Under the pieces are notes generated by a model, which saw only the letters and a program-made list of their open reading frames with translations, ran no database searches and had not been told where the DNA came from. The translations under genes were made by a program, and so were the position numbers. Of a stretch of 64,000 nucleotides of DNA, positions 39,089-48,400 are shown piece by piece. This DNA comes from a virus: the IMG/VR virus record IMGVR_UViG_3300017991_000049, positions 64,001 through 128,000 of that record. One strand, given 5' to 3'. Within the stretch, counting starts at the first letter, position 1; the number at the start of each line of letters is the position of its first letter.

Positions 39089-39960
39089 TAGGCAAGCTCA
39101 GTAGAAGGCTTCAATTGGATGGGGGTCGTTCCGCCAAAGCGCTCCTTGGCGCGCCGCTTCAACGCTTCCTCGGCGATGAGGCGCTCGTTGCGCTTCTTGA
39201 AGTAGTCGTAGCTGAGTTTGCCGCTGGCAAGCGCGGACAGCATGGCGTAGCTCAACAGCATGCCGAGGCCTTGGCTCGGTATATCGCTGATCGCAGCCTG
39301 CTTCTCGACGGGCTCTGTGACAATCTCAGCCAGGTCGTCGAGCTCTTGCTCGATGGAGGTGTCGTCGGCGCTCTGCTTAGCCAGCGTGGCGTTCAACAGC
39401 TGTTCGTATTCGTCCTTGGCACCCTCAAGCTCGCTGTCCAGCTCCTGTCGGCGGCGCCAGTCCAGGATCTTGTCGACTAGCTTCCAGCCGCCGTAACCGC
39501 TGACCATGGCCGCCGGCAGTCCGAGTGTCCACAGCGCAGGGTTCGAGTACGGCGACGAGGCTTGCCGGCCCCAGAACGTGGACTCGCCCCACGGCAGGTC
39601 CTCAGTCGCGCCCTTGAGCTTGTCATAGAGCCATGCGCCTGGGTTCGGTACCGCTTCTTTGTCCATGCCCGTTTTCTCTGCCTCTTCCTCTTCCTCCGGC
39701 ATCATAATGCCGATCGACTGGAAACTGGGCGTAGGTGAGAAGCCGGACTCTTGACGACCTAGACGCAATGCACCAAGACCGGTACGGCCAAGCGCGCCCA
39801 GCCCCGCGGCAGCAAGAATCCACTTCCACATCTCAGCATTAGCGCGCTGCCCCGCCGATGCAGCGTCGGCTGGGCTAGGTTGCAAGATGTTGTCCCAGAT
39901 CGACGGATCGGCGCTAAGCTTAACTAGGTCGTCGTAGCGCGAATTGGGTTGAGCTTCCAT
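39088..39960 (-). CDS. Hypothetical protein (~290 aa; start re-picked)
   Basis: ATG at 39958-39960 preceded by GGAGGGAG. The ORF-track N-terminal 72 aa are Ser/Thr/Arg-rich artifact overlapping the upstream gene. Contains a Gly-zipper hydrophobic segment. Confidence 0.45.
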   Translation of the reverse strand: MEAQPNSRYDDLVKLSADPSIWDNILQPSPADAASAGQRANAEMWKWILAAAGLGALGRTGLGALRLGRQESGFSPTPSFQSIGIMMPEEEEEAEKTGMDKEAVPNPGAWLYDKLKGATEDLPWGESTFWGRQASSPYSNPALWTLGLPAAMVSGYGGWKLVDKILDWRRRQELDSELEGAKDEYEQLLNATLAKQSADDTSIEQELDDLAEIVTEPVEKQAAISDIPSQGLGMLLSYAMLSALASGKLSYDYFKKRNERLIAEEALKRRAKERFGGTTPIQLKPSTELA

Positions 39961-40315
39961 GCCCTGTACTCCCTCCGGATGGTTGGCTTGGTGACAGTAC
40001 GTAACACTGTGTCCATTCGAGGTAGATGATCGGCCACTCTTTGTCTTCCGGCCAGTTACGCGACTCGTGGTCTCTGATGAACAGGCCGTTGCGGATACGA
40101 TCACGCACCCAGTTGTAGTATTCTCGGTCCTCCTGCTTGTTGAGGTCGAACACGTGCTCGTGCGCCTGGCCGACAACAGGCAGCGCTTCGACCTCCTTCT
40201 GTTTCAGTGACGGCGCCGTCTCCCCTTGGAAAGGAAAGCCGTTGGCACCTGGCCACTGCAACGCTCCGTCGTATCGGTCGTCTTGTTCGCCGTGATACTT
40301 ACTCTGCGTGTGCAT
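39920..40315 (-). CDS. Hypothetical Trp-rich protein (131 aa)
   Basis: Complete ORF with protein-like composition. Confidence 0.4.
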   Translation of the reverse strand: MHTQSKYHGEQDDRYDGALQWPGANGFPFQGETAPSLKQKEVEALPVVGQAHEHVFDLNKQEDREYYNWVRDRIRNGLFIRDHESRNWPEDKEWPIIYLEWTQCYVLSPSQPSGGSTGHGSSTQFALRRPS

Positions 40316-40318
40316 CCT

Positions 40319-40672
40319 TTAACCCGCTCCCATGCCAGCCTGCTGACGTGCCTGCAGCCGCTGTAGCTGCTCGACGGCCCGCTGGTACTCGCTGATCTCT
40401 TCGCGCTTGTACGCCTCGTTCTTGTCGAACGTGTCGTTCTGCGCCTTGGCGAGCATAGCGCCGCCACCAACGCCGACAAGTGGCGGAGCCAGCAGGGCTA
40501 GTGGCCAAGCCGCGCCGAACATGGAACGGAGAGTATCCCAAGCGCCACGGGCAATACCGGACTTGAGCATGAACTTTGCCTGGCGGATACGCAGGAGCGT
40601 TTCGTCCTCTGACAAACCGTCTTTGGCGCACTTCTCCAGGAATCCGATCTTGAATGCTTCCTTGGGGGTCAT
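40319..40672 (-). CDS. Small membrane protein (117 aa; holin-like candidate)
   Basis: One hydrophobic Gly-rich span (AWPLALLAPPLVGVGGGAML) and a charged C-terminus. Confidence 0.4.
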   Translation of the reverse strand: MTPKEAFKIGFLEKCAKDGLSEDETLLRIRQAKFMLKSGIARGAWDTLRSMFGAAWPLALLAPPLVGVGGGAMLAKAQNDTFDKNEAYKREEISEYQRAVEQLQRLQARQQAGMGAG

Positions 40673-40675
40673 TTC

Positions 40676-41191
40676 CTACCTCCGGTTAGCACGTGCGCGC
40701 TGTATCGCGGTGGCGCGCTGTGGTGTGATCATGTTCGACGCCCCGAGCGTCAGGTCGGGCGTTACGGTGACTCCGGCCGAGAGCGTATCGGCTGGCGTAC
40801 GTCCTTTTCCCTTTATCTTGAGCGGCGCTTGGCCAGGCATCGCCGGAAGCTCGTGCGGCATCACGATTGTGCGCTTACGCTGATGCCTGACGACATGGTC
40901 CAGAACCGACGGATCGGTAGGATCGCCCTGCATCTTCGCCAGCTTGCACGCCTCCTTGGCATCGTTGACCATTTTGCGCAGTTCAGCCGCTTTGCTGGCA
41001 TACAGCTCGGGGTCCTGCATGAGCGCAGCAATTGCGCGCTTCATGAACTCGCCCGGCGGTATACGCCAATGACTCTGCTTGGTACTAGCGCTATCCGCAG
41101 CGATTTCTGTGTCGACAAGGCTGATCATGCCTGTCTCGGCCCAGAACTCGAGATGCTGGAAACGGTAGTGTCGGCCCTCTCCTCGTGACAT
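40676..41191 (-). CDS. Hypothetical protein (171 aa)
   Basis: Complete ORF. Confidence 0.45.
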   Translation of the reverse strand: MSRGEGRHYRFQHLEFWAETGMISLVDTEIAADSASTKQSHWRIPPGEFMKRAIAALMQDPELYASKAAELRKMVNDAKEACKLAKMQGDPTDPSVLDHVVRHQRKRTIVMPHELPAMPGQAPLKIKGKGRTPADTLSAGVTVTPDLTLGASNMITPQRATAIQRARANRR

Positions 41192-41243
41192 TTTTGGTCC
41201 TCCAAACTGCGCTTACTCATAATAACTGATCCTGGCACAGCTG

Positions 41244-41765
41244 TCATGGCAGATACAGTCCTGCATGGCCAGCAGTAACCATCAGCTTGTTCAAATTGAC
41301 TCGTTGCACCATCTGGCGTGTGGGGCCGTCAGCCTCGGAGCCGATCAGCTCCACCAGCCAACGGCCGAACTTTCCGCGGCAGGCGCGCGGCCGGTAGTCG
41401 TTCTTCGGCCGCAGCTTCTTATGGGTGCGTACGCCGATCCACCAGCCGTTGCCGGGCCAATCGCCCGCTTCAGCGCGATAACTGTAGTAGCGCTGGATCA
41501 ACTCCCGCAGGTAGTCTCTGGCAGCAGTGCCAGCTTTACGCGTGGACAGCGGCCTAATCTCCGGCGCCTGGATGCCGTAAAGGCGGTAGTGCAGCGGACC
41601 AACCCACTGCTCCATGCCCAGATCGATAATCAGCGTGACGGTATCTCCGTCGTAGATCGCGGGTTCGCCATCCTCATTCTCGGGGATCAGTCCGAAGTAC
41701 GTGTAGTCCTGCAGGCTGAGCGGGGCATCTTCGGATAGTGTTTCGATAGGGCGGGCCATTGACAA
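41244..41765 (-). CDS. Staphylococcal-nuclease (SNase/thermonuclease)-like nuclease (173 aa)
   Basis: IYDGDTVTLIID...HYRLYGIQAPE matches the SNase core DGDT...R(L/I)xGID(A/T)PE. Confidence 0.65.
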   Translation of the reverse strand: MSMARPIETLSEDAPLSLQDYTYFGLIPENEDGEPAIYDGDTVTLIIDLGMEQWVGPLHYRLYGIQAPEIRPLSTRKAGTAARDYLRELIQRYYSYRAEAGDWPGNGWWIGVRTHKKLRPKNDYRPRACRGKFGRWLVELIGSEADGPTRQMVQRVNLNKLMVTAGHAGLYLP

Positions 41766-41767
41766 CC

Positions 41768-42331
41768 TCAGTTAGCAAGCATGACAGCAAAAGCAGAATC
41801 ACCTGCACGGGACAGTACGTGCATCTCACGATTATTGTCGTCTGCCCAGGTGTAAAAGTCCACTAGCAAGCTGTCAACTACTATGACGGTTGTCCCGCAC
41901 ACCAGTCGGTGGGCCAGCCGATCGAGCAGGTCGGGCACCTCGTCCTGCAGGTAGAGCAACGAGATGTGGCTGCCCTGCTTACGACGGAACGTCGTGACCT
42001 CGTCGGCGTTGGTCAGGCAGAAGATGTGCTGCTGCGGCATCGTATCGTTGAGGACGCGGCGTACAACCGCCTCCTCGTCCAACGCGCCCGCAAAGACTAC
42101 CAGGCCATCCGTGGTCGCCTGGGTGCCCATCAGCGCTACAAACCGCTCGTGTACAGCGAAATGCTCCTTTGCAGCACGGAGGTCGTCGATCGACGTGGCT
42201 GTGTCTGTAGGCAGATCGAACTTCACAGTGGACGCTTGGCGCGCTGCATGGCTTTTTCGTCTACGGTTACGCGCTGGCCCCGTAGGCCGACGACGCCCCT
42301 TCTTACGTAATCGCTTACGCCGCATTGGCAA
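41768..42331 (-). CDS. Hypothetical protein with a very basic N-terminus (187 aa)
   Basis: Complete ORF. The N-terminus (MPMRRKRLRKKGRRRPTGPARNRRRK) is extremely basic. Confidence 0.4.
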   Translation of the reverse strand: MPMRRKRLRKKGRRRPTGPARNRRRKSHAARQASTVKFDLPTDTATSIDDLRAAKEHFAVHERFVALMGTQATTDGLVVFAGALDEEAVVRRVLNDTMPQQHIFCLTNADEVTTFRRKQGSHISLLYLQDEVPDLLDRLAHRLVCGTTVIVVDSLLVDFYTWADDNNREMHVLSRAGDSAFAVMLAN

Positions 42332-42343
42332 TACCTCCGCATG

Positions 42344-43003
42344 CTACGAAGGTACGCCCAACGTAAACATGTAGTGCAGCAACGGCGAGCGTGCGAGCGC
42401 GCCTGGTGATGTGTAATGGTCGGGCATGTTGCGCACGACGTCCGTGAATGCGCGGCGCAGCGCACAAGATACTGCCTCGCTGCAATACGGCGGCCGTCCG
42501 CGGTCTTCGAGATCGTCGTCCGTCGGCGGCCGGAAGAAGAAACGCACGCCAGGAAGGTGGATCAGCGATGTCCACAGGATGTGCATCTTGCCGTACTCGC
42601 CGGGGCGACAGAAGTCACGTGCAGTCATCACGGCCTTCTTGCGATCCAGCACCTTCGTCTCGCCTTGCTGCGACTGCGTACCGTCGTCCCACCAGTATTC
42701 AGTGTGCGTGTCAGCGCAGCGATAGACGTCGATCATGCCGGGCCACTTCTCAACATGCGCCGCTAGCGTTGTACTCTGTCCGCCGCGCCAAAGCATCTCG
42801 TAGGCCATCAGGCGGTTGTACTCACTGTCGGGATCGCCGTTGGTCCAGCCGGCCATACCCACGTGCGAATAGATCGACAGCCCGGCGATGGCAACGCACT
42901 TCGGGATGAATCCGCGCCGACGATATAGCAACACATCAGCGTCGAGGATGTGCTGACGTGCCTCATCGTACGGGAGGAAAACTTTTTCTGAATCGGATGG
43001 CAT
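42344..43003 (-). CDS. Hypothetical protein (219 aa; possible Cys/His hydrolase)
   Basis: Complete ORF with Cys then His in CVAIAGLSIYSHVGMAGW. Peptidase-like, but weak. Confidence 0.4.
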   Translation of the reverse strand: MPSDSEKVFLPYDEARQHILDADVLLYRRRGFIPKCVAIAGLSIYSHVGMAGWTNGDPDSEYNRLMAYEMLWRGGQSTTLAAHVEKWPGMIDVYRCADTHTEYWWDDGTQSQQGETKVLDRKKAVMTARDFCRPGEYGKMHILWTSLIHLPGVRFFFRPPTDDDLEDRGRPPYCSEAVSCALRRAFTDVVRNMPDHYTSPGALARSPLLHYMFTLGVPS

Positions 43004-43514
43004 TCTCTTGCTCCTTGGTCAGCTTATGCGCCGTGAATTTCCCCATCACGTCCAGTTGTGGTTCGTATGCCGGCGTCATACGTGCGCGGTGACCCTCCAG
43101 TGTTGGATACGTCCCGGTGTCTTGCACTTCGCGGAATACCTCGGTTGCGCTGTGATGCCCGGGCACGTACTCCGGGGCGCAGCGTGCGCGTGTTGGTAAG
43201 TGATGTACGCCGGTAATTACAATGTCCGGCTCGCCAGGGTGGTATGTCTGCTCCGAGCGCTCGAACACCGCTGGGATCTTACCGGCCGCGGCCTTGTAGT
43301 CGAGCACGATCCGGTCAGCTTCTAGCGCACCGGGCTTTACACGCCGCTGAAACTCTGCCAAGAATTCTTCCATTGAGATCCTCGCTGCAGATGCTTCCAG
43401 TTGACGATAGTTACCGAGCACGGCGCGCTCGCGCTCCAGCTCGTCCTGTTTCTTTGTCAGCTCTGCAGAACGCCGCAGGTATTCTTCTGCCGACATACTT
43501 CCACCATCGCTCAT
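42963..43514 (-). CDS. Hypothetical protein (183 aa)
   Basis: Complete ORF. Confidence 0.4.
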   Translation of the reverse strand: MSDGGSMSAEEYLRRSAELTKKQDELERERAVLGNYRQLEASAARISMEEFLAEFQRRVKPGALEADRIVLDYKAAAGKIPAVFERSEQTYHPGEPDIVITGVHHLPTRARCAPEYVPGHHSATEVFREVQDTGTYPTLEGHRARMTPAYEPQLDVMGKFTAHKLTKEQENAIRFRKSFPPVR

Positions 43515-43524
43515 CGGTCATCCT

Positions 43525-44670
43525 TTACAACATGCCGGTGATACCACGAATGGCTCCGGCGAGCAGACCAGCCCGTTGAATGCCCTTCTGCACTGGCGGG
43601 GTCAGTCCAAGGAACTTGCCGGCCAACGATCCAAGGTAACCGTAACCGTAGCCAAGGCCGGCATTGACGGCGACGGACGCTACGTCACGCGGCGACACCA
43701 AGTTTGAGCCGCGCATAGCGCCTGCTGCAGCAGGAACGCCAGCAGCAATCGCCTTCTCTGGATTGTCTAGGAACGGGTCGCGCATTACAACCTCTCCCCA
43801 CTCATTCGTGCTGAATTTCGGCAGCATGCCGCCGGAGAGGTCCGCACACTTCGTGAATGCGTCTTCGTCGATCGTGACGTTGAGTTCGCTCGTCAGCCTG
43901 TCTAGCACGTCGGCGAGTACGCTCGATGCGCCCTTCACGCGCTCGTAGTGCTGTGGGTCTGGGATCGGCCCGTACTGACCTGTGCGCACATCGTTGGCGC
44001 CGAACTCGTAACCAGCGGCGCCCGGCTTGGGCAGGTTCTCTGTGCCACGCGGATAGGCCCACTGCTTAGTCTTGCCGTCCCACTTGCCGCCAGCAGTCAA
44101 CCGGGCGACATTGGCACCAGGAGCCATGTCAGCGGCAGGGACGTTGGGTGCGTTGGCATACGCAGGGCCACCCTGTAGCGGCTGCTGTGTCCACAGGCCA
44201 CTAATACCCTGATTGCGCAACGCAGGCAGACCATGGATGAACCCAGGCACAGCTGCGCCGCCGAGCGCCCCGATCGCGCCGAACGCGGTTGGCGTGCGCT
44301 TGTTGAACCACTGCGGGAACAGCTTGTTGAGAATCCACCCGCTGCCATAGCCTAGTCCGCCAGTCAGCGCGCCGGTCAGCAGCATCGACGTGAGCGGATT
44401 GGGTCCACCGATGTACTCCTGCACCTTGCCGTGCGCATCGCCCATCTGCTTGAAACTGGGAATCATCCCGCGGAGCTTGTCCATCCAGGTAGGATCCGGA
44501 GCAGCGGCCCACTTCACCATGACCGGCCCGACCTCTTCGGTGTCGAGCACCCAGCCAGCGTCGTGATTCTGCTCGCCCTGCGTCAGCTCGTACGCTGCGC
44601 CAGCGTATTTCACGTACAGATCCTTCACGCGGAAGGGTACAGACGCCCAGTTTTGGTTGCTGTCAGTCAT
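43525..44670 (-). CDS. Gly-rich virion or membrane-associated protein (381 aa)
   Basis: Gly-zipper segments. Its start codon lies 3 nt downstream of the conserved AT-rich palindromic motif. Confidence 0.5.
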   Translation of the reverse strand: MTDSNQNWASVPFRVKDLYVKYAGAAYELTQGEQNHDAGWVLDTEEVGPVMVKWAAAPDPTWMDKLRGMIPSFKQMGDAHGKVQEYIGGPNPLTSMLLTGALTGGLGYGSGWILNKLFPQWFNKRTPTAFGAIGALGGAAVPGFIHGLPALRNQGISGLWTQQPLQGGPAYANAPNVPAADMAPGANVARLTAGGKWDGKTKQWAYPRGTENLPKPGAAGYEFGANDVRTGQYGPIPDPQHYERVKGASSVLADVLDRLTSELNVTIDEDAFTKCADLSGGMLPKFSTNEWGEVVMRDPFLDNPEKAIAAGVPAAAGAMRGSNLVSPRDVASVAVNAGLGYGYGYLGSLAGKFLGLTPPVQKGIQRAGLLAGAIRGITGML

Positions 44671-44673
44671 AGC

Positions 44674-44695
44674 ATTTTGATCTCATGAACAAGAT
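44674..44695. promoter_or_regulatory. AT-rich near-palindromic motif, site 3 (ATTTTGATCTCATGAACAAGAT), 3 nt from the start of 43525..44670
   Basis: 20 of 22 positions are identical to site 2. Intergenic. Confidence 0.5.
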
Positions 44696-44724
44696 TCAAC
44701 GGTTCTGATAGCTAAAAAACGGGT

Positions 44725-45399
44725 CTATGTAGGCGTTCGGCGCTTCAACCACCGCTCATAATCTCGAGGACGGTCGAAGTCCTCTGTCTCGTCGACAATC
44801 TCCGTGAAGCATGCAGGTGTAGGTGCCGGCGATCTACGGTACTGAAATGGCAGTCCGTGCAGTTGGCAATATGTCTCCCACGCCTTGCATTTCCGCAGCC
44901 GCCCTTCGTCGAGCAGTCTCTTCACAGCCATCGCCGCGTGCATAAGCTCCGGACACCGGCTCGCTGGAAACGTCAGCCCAAATATCTCACCGCAGTGTTT
45001 ACCTGTTACGGCATTGGCGCCGGCGTGGCCAAACCACTCTATCTCATTCGAGTTTATTCCTAGGATGGTTTCCACAGCTGCGTCGGTGCAGCATACGTCG
45101 CCAAACACTATGATCGTTCTATCTTCAACGTCCCAAATCGGCAAGGACGACAACAGCTTCGTGCTGTCGTCGTAGTCTGCGTCGGCCGGTAATACGTACA
45201 ACTCTGCGCCCGGCACGGCCATATGTTGGCACTCCTGGCGCACTACAACGTAAGGCTGACAGCCCGGCGCACGCGCCAAAAACTGCCGCACCGTTCTGTG
45301 CACAAGCGGCTCGCCGTTCACCGGCACCCATTGCTTCTGTATACCCAGATACCCTCTCCAGCGAATTTGCGTCCCGGCACATGGTAATATCAGTCGCAT
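44725..45399 (-). CDS. Nucleotidyltransferase-fold protein (224 aa; sugar-phosphate nucleotidyltransferase-like)
   Basis: N-terminal LILPCAGTQIRW resembles the (L/I)xPAAGxGxR loop of sugar nucleotidyltransferases and MobA-like enzymes. Confidence 0.45.
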   Translation of the reverse strand: MRLILPCAGTQIRWRGYLGIQKQWVPVNGEPLVHRTVRQFLARAPGCQPYVVVRQECQHMAVPGAELYVLPADADYDDSTKLLSSLPIWDVEDRTIIVFGDVCCTDAAVETILGINSNEIEWFGHAGANAVTGKHCGEIFGLTFPASRCPELMHAAMAVKRLLDEGRLRKCKAWETYCQLHGLPFQYRRSPAPTPACFTEIVDETEDFDRPRDYERWLKRRTPT

Positions 45400-45403
45400 G
45401 GCA

Positions 45404-48400
45404 CTAGTAGTCCTCGTGCATCGCGATCAACGCTGGTGCTCTCCAGGCCCCTGAGGGGTACTGTTCTTGCGAGCGGATTCTTGCAACGCGGCCAATATAT
45501 GCTGCAGGGTCCGCGAGCAGCTGCGCGCGCAGCTCGTCTGACAGGCCCGTGCCGACTTCACCAGCGCGCGGACCTCCCGGCGCAAGCGCGTAGCCGAAAC
45601 CTCCAGCACCTGTTCCTTGGTATTTGCCTCCTCCTGGGAAGACGTCGGTGATGTGGACATCGGATTCCTCCAGTCGCTTTGCCTTGGTGGGTTTGCCTAC
45701 AGGTGGTTGGAATACGATACCTTCACGCGTTAATGGGTGCTTGCCTGCGATAATGCTGTGCCACAGTTGCTTAGCCTCTTCGGGGTCGGTTGTCTCCTCT
45801 GCTAGCTGAAACTTGTCTGGCGGCAGATACGGTAGGATTTCCTCGATCATCTTGCGTCGTTCTGCATAAGGCGTCACGTTTGGATCTATCGGCGTCTTAC
45901 CCAGCTGCTGGATATCGAAGAGCATGTTCTTTATGTCGAGCCCTTGCTCGCGCTGTTTGTCTCTGGAGTGTTCGACGGTTGCGTGGAGGAGCCCGCCAAG
46001 ACGTTGCGGCTCCACAGCTCGAAGGACTTGCGCAGCTTCGTCAGCCTGAGCTGCCACGCCTGCTCCTTCTTCCACTCCTGCATCGTCACTGGTAGGCCTG
46101 GAAACGTCGTCAGGCCGTATCTTTTCGGCATAGAGTTCTCCTTTCAGAACTGACCCCTCGTACTTCTTCGGAATATCCAGTTGTGGCCGCCCGCCGAACA
46201 TGCGCTCGGTATGGACGATAGGATGCCCAGTCCGCTTGGCAGTCCTGTAGCTAAGCACTTCTGCGCCACCGCGCATCAACTTGACGAGCGATGACGCGCC
46301 ATCCAACTTGGCCGACACTGACGTGCCTTCCTTCATCTGTTCAATGTAAGGCTCCACGTCTTCTGGCGCCAGTTTCTTATAGCGCACTTTGTCGTAAGGC
46401 ACTGCTTTCTTCGGCGTGACGTTGATCATCAGCCAGTCACGATCGCCCCATTTCTCGGGCTTCATCAGCACGTAGCGTTCTGGCGTGCCAGTTGTGGCTA
46501 CCGTGTACTCGATCTTTGTGGGCGTGGCCTTGGTGATCATCACCTTTCCGCGCCGCTCCTGCCGAACCTCACCCTTGCCGTAGCCGGAGCCGATACTGCC
46601 CTGAAACGCGCCATACTGGTGCGAATGCACAGGTTGCTGCTTCATGAACTTCTTCTCGCCCGGAGCGGGGATGTGTGTCGGCTTCGTCGCCCAGGAGAGC
46701 AAGCCGGTCTCCGGCGTGCCGAGCCTGTAGTCGAAGTGCTCGCCGGCGCGCTGTGCGCGGTGTCGCTGCACGAATAGATCAACAAGCTCATCGGTATCGA
46801 GCTTCGACGGGTCGCCGAAGTCGGTTCGATCTGGAATGCCACGCGCGGCCGTCTTATCCATGGCCATCTTGGAGATGTCGTCCACACCCTTGGACGTGAT
46901 GCCGACGATCTGCATGAGCTGGCGCAGCAGCACATCCTTCTCTCTAGGATTCTCCATCAACGGCTTGTGAACTGCGTCAAGGATTTGCTCATGCTCACCC
47001 TTGTGCTGCCGGAAGAACCAGTTGAGCGCCTTCTCCGCCTCCTGCGGTGTAGACACATGCTTTCCAGTAGCCTGGACGTATTCGCGCTTGACCGTCGCCA
47101 GATAGGCTTTCAGCTCCTCTGGCGTCGTCGCGTACTCCCATGTCTTCCGTGGAACCGTGCGCGTCTTCCGGCTGCCCCAGAAGGTCTTGCCCATGTCTTG
47201 AACACGCGGCCGATCATCGTAGTGCAACACCCGCGGATGGCGGGTGCCCGGATTCTGCGCCGGACCAGGCGCACGCAGCCGTGCGTGTGTCAGCTCGTGC
47301 TCAATATTGCTTGTGACGTCATCGGTCATCGCGTGGCCTGGCGCTGCTGCCCACAAAGTCTCGTCGTTGGGGTCGTATACGCCCTTCACGCCGAAATTGG
47401 CAGCCTGGCCCGGCAACGGCGGCAGATACTCTCTGTCGACCGTGGACACGGTTGTCTCTGTGTCCAGCTCTGCCGGATCCCAGCGGTGGATCCCGTACGG
47501 GTCATTGTCGTTGGCCATCGACTCTTGGGCGCGCCGCACGGCCTCGTCCAGCCCGCCAGGCGCGTCCTTGTAATACTTGTCCAACTGGTCGCGCAGCGTC
47601 AGCTTGTGCTCTTTGACGTCAGCGCCGCCCGTCGGATCGTACGGGCCGAAATTGCTGCGCCTGCGTTCCATCTCCTGACGCACGGCGTCCCAGTAGACTT
47701 TGCCGGCCAACCCGAGCGCGCCACCGACGCCTGCGCCCATCAAGCCGCTCTCCAAGACACGCCGCCAAGTGGGGCGCTCATCGTCCGGATACGGGTCGTC
47801 TACGAATTCGGAAAGTGCGCTTATCCCCCCGCCGAGGGCTGCGCCTCCTAAGCCCCATTTTGCCCAGCTATTCAACGCGGTCTTCTCAAACCATTCACGA
47901 AAACCTACATGTTTTCGTGAATCGTCAGCGGCCATTTTCAGTGGGCCTGGCAGCTTCGCGGGCGTACGGACGCCACCGAGGACGCCAGCAGCGAATTCTG
48001 CTGGGCCCTGCGTGCCGCGCTGGACCTCATGTACGAATCGACGGACTGGCCCTTTCTGCCCTAAATGCGCCATCTGCTGCTCGACACGGGCCTGGTTCTC
48101 CGCCTGGGAGTAGACGTTACCGATCTGTGCAGCAGCGCCGCCTTGTAGCTGATCGTAGTGTTGCCGGTTCCGGTAGCCCCACTGCTTAGCCAGGCGCGAC
48201 TTCTCGCCTTGCATCAGCATGTCACGGCCAGGGCCTTGCCCAAAACGGCGACCAGCGAGCGCTAGCTGGCGATTGTGATCGAACGCCGGCTGTGTCATCC
48301 GTACGGTACGGATGAGGTTCTTGTAATTGGGATTCTGCGCCAGGAACAGCTGATTCTCGGCAGACTGCCCGGCCAGCATCGCAGCCATGGCCGGGCTTGC

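Noticed and set aside
41255-41275. Apparent palindrome CTGTCATGGCAG in the 41.2-kb spacer
   Set aside because: Its reverse complement is CTGCCATGACAG (two mismatches), so it is not a true dyad. Single occurrence.
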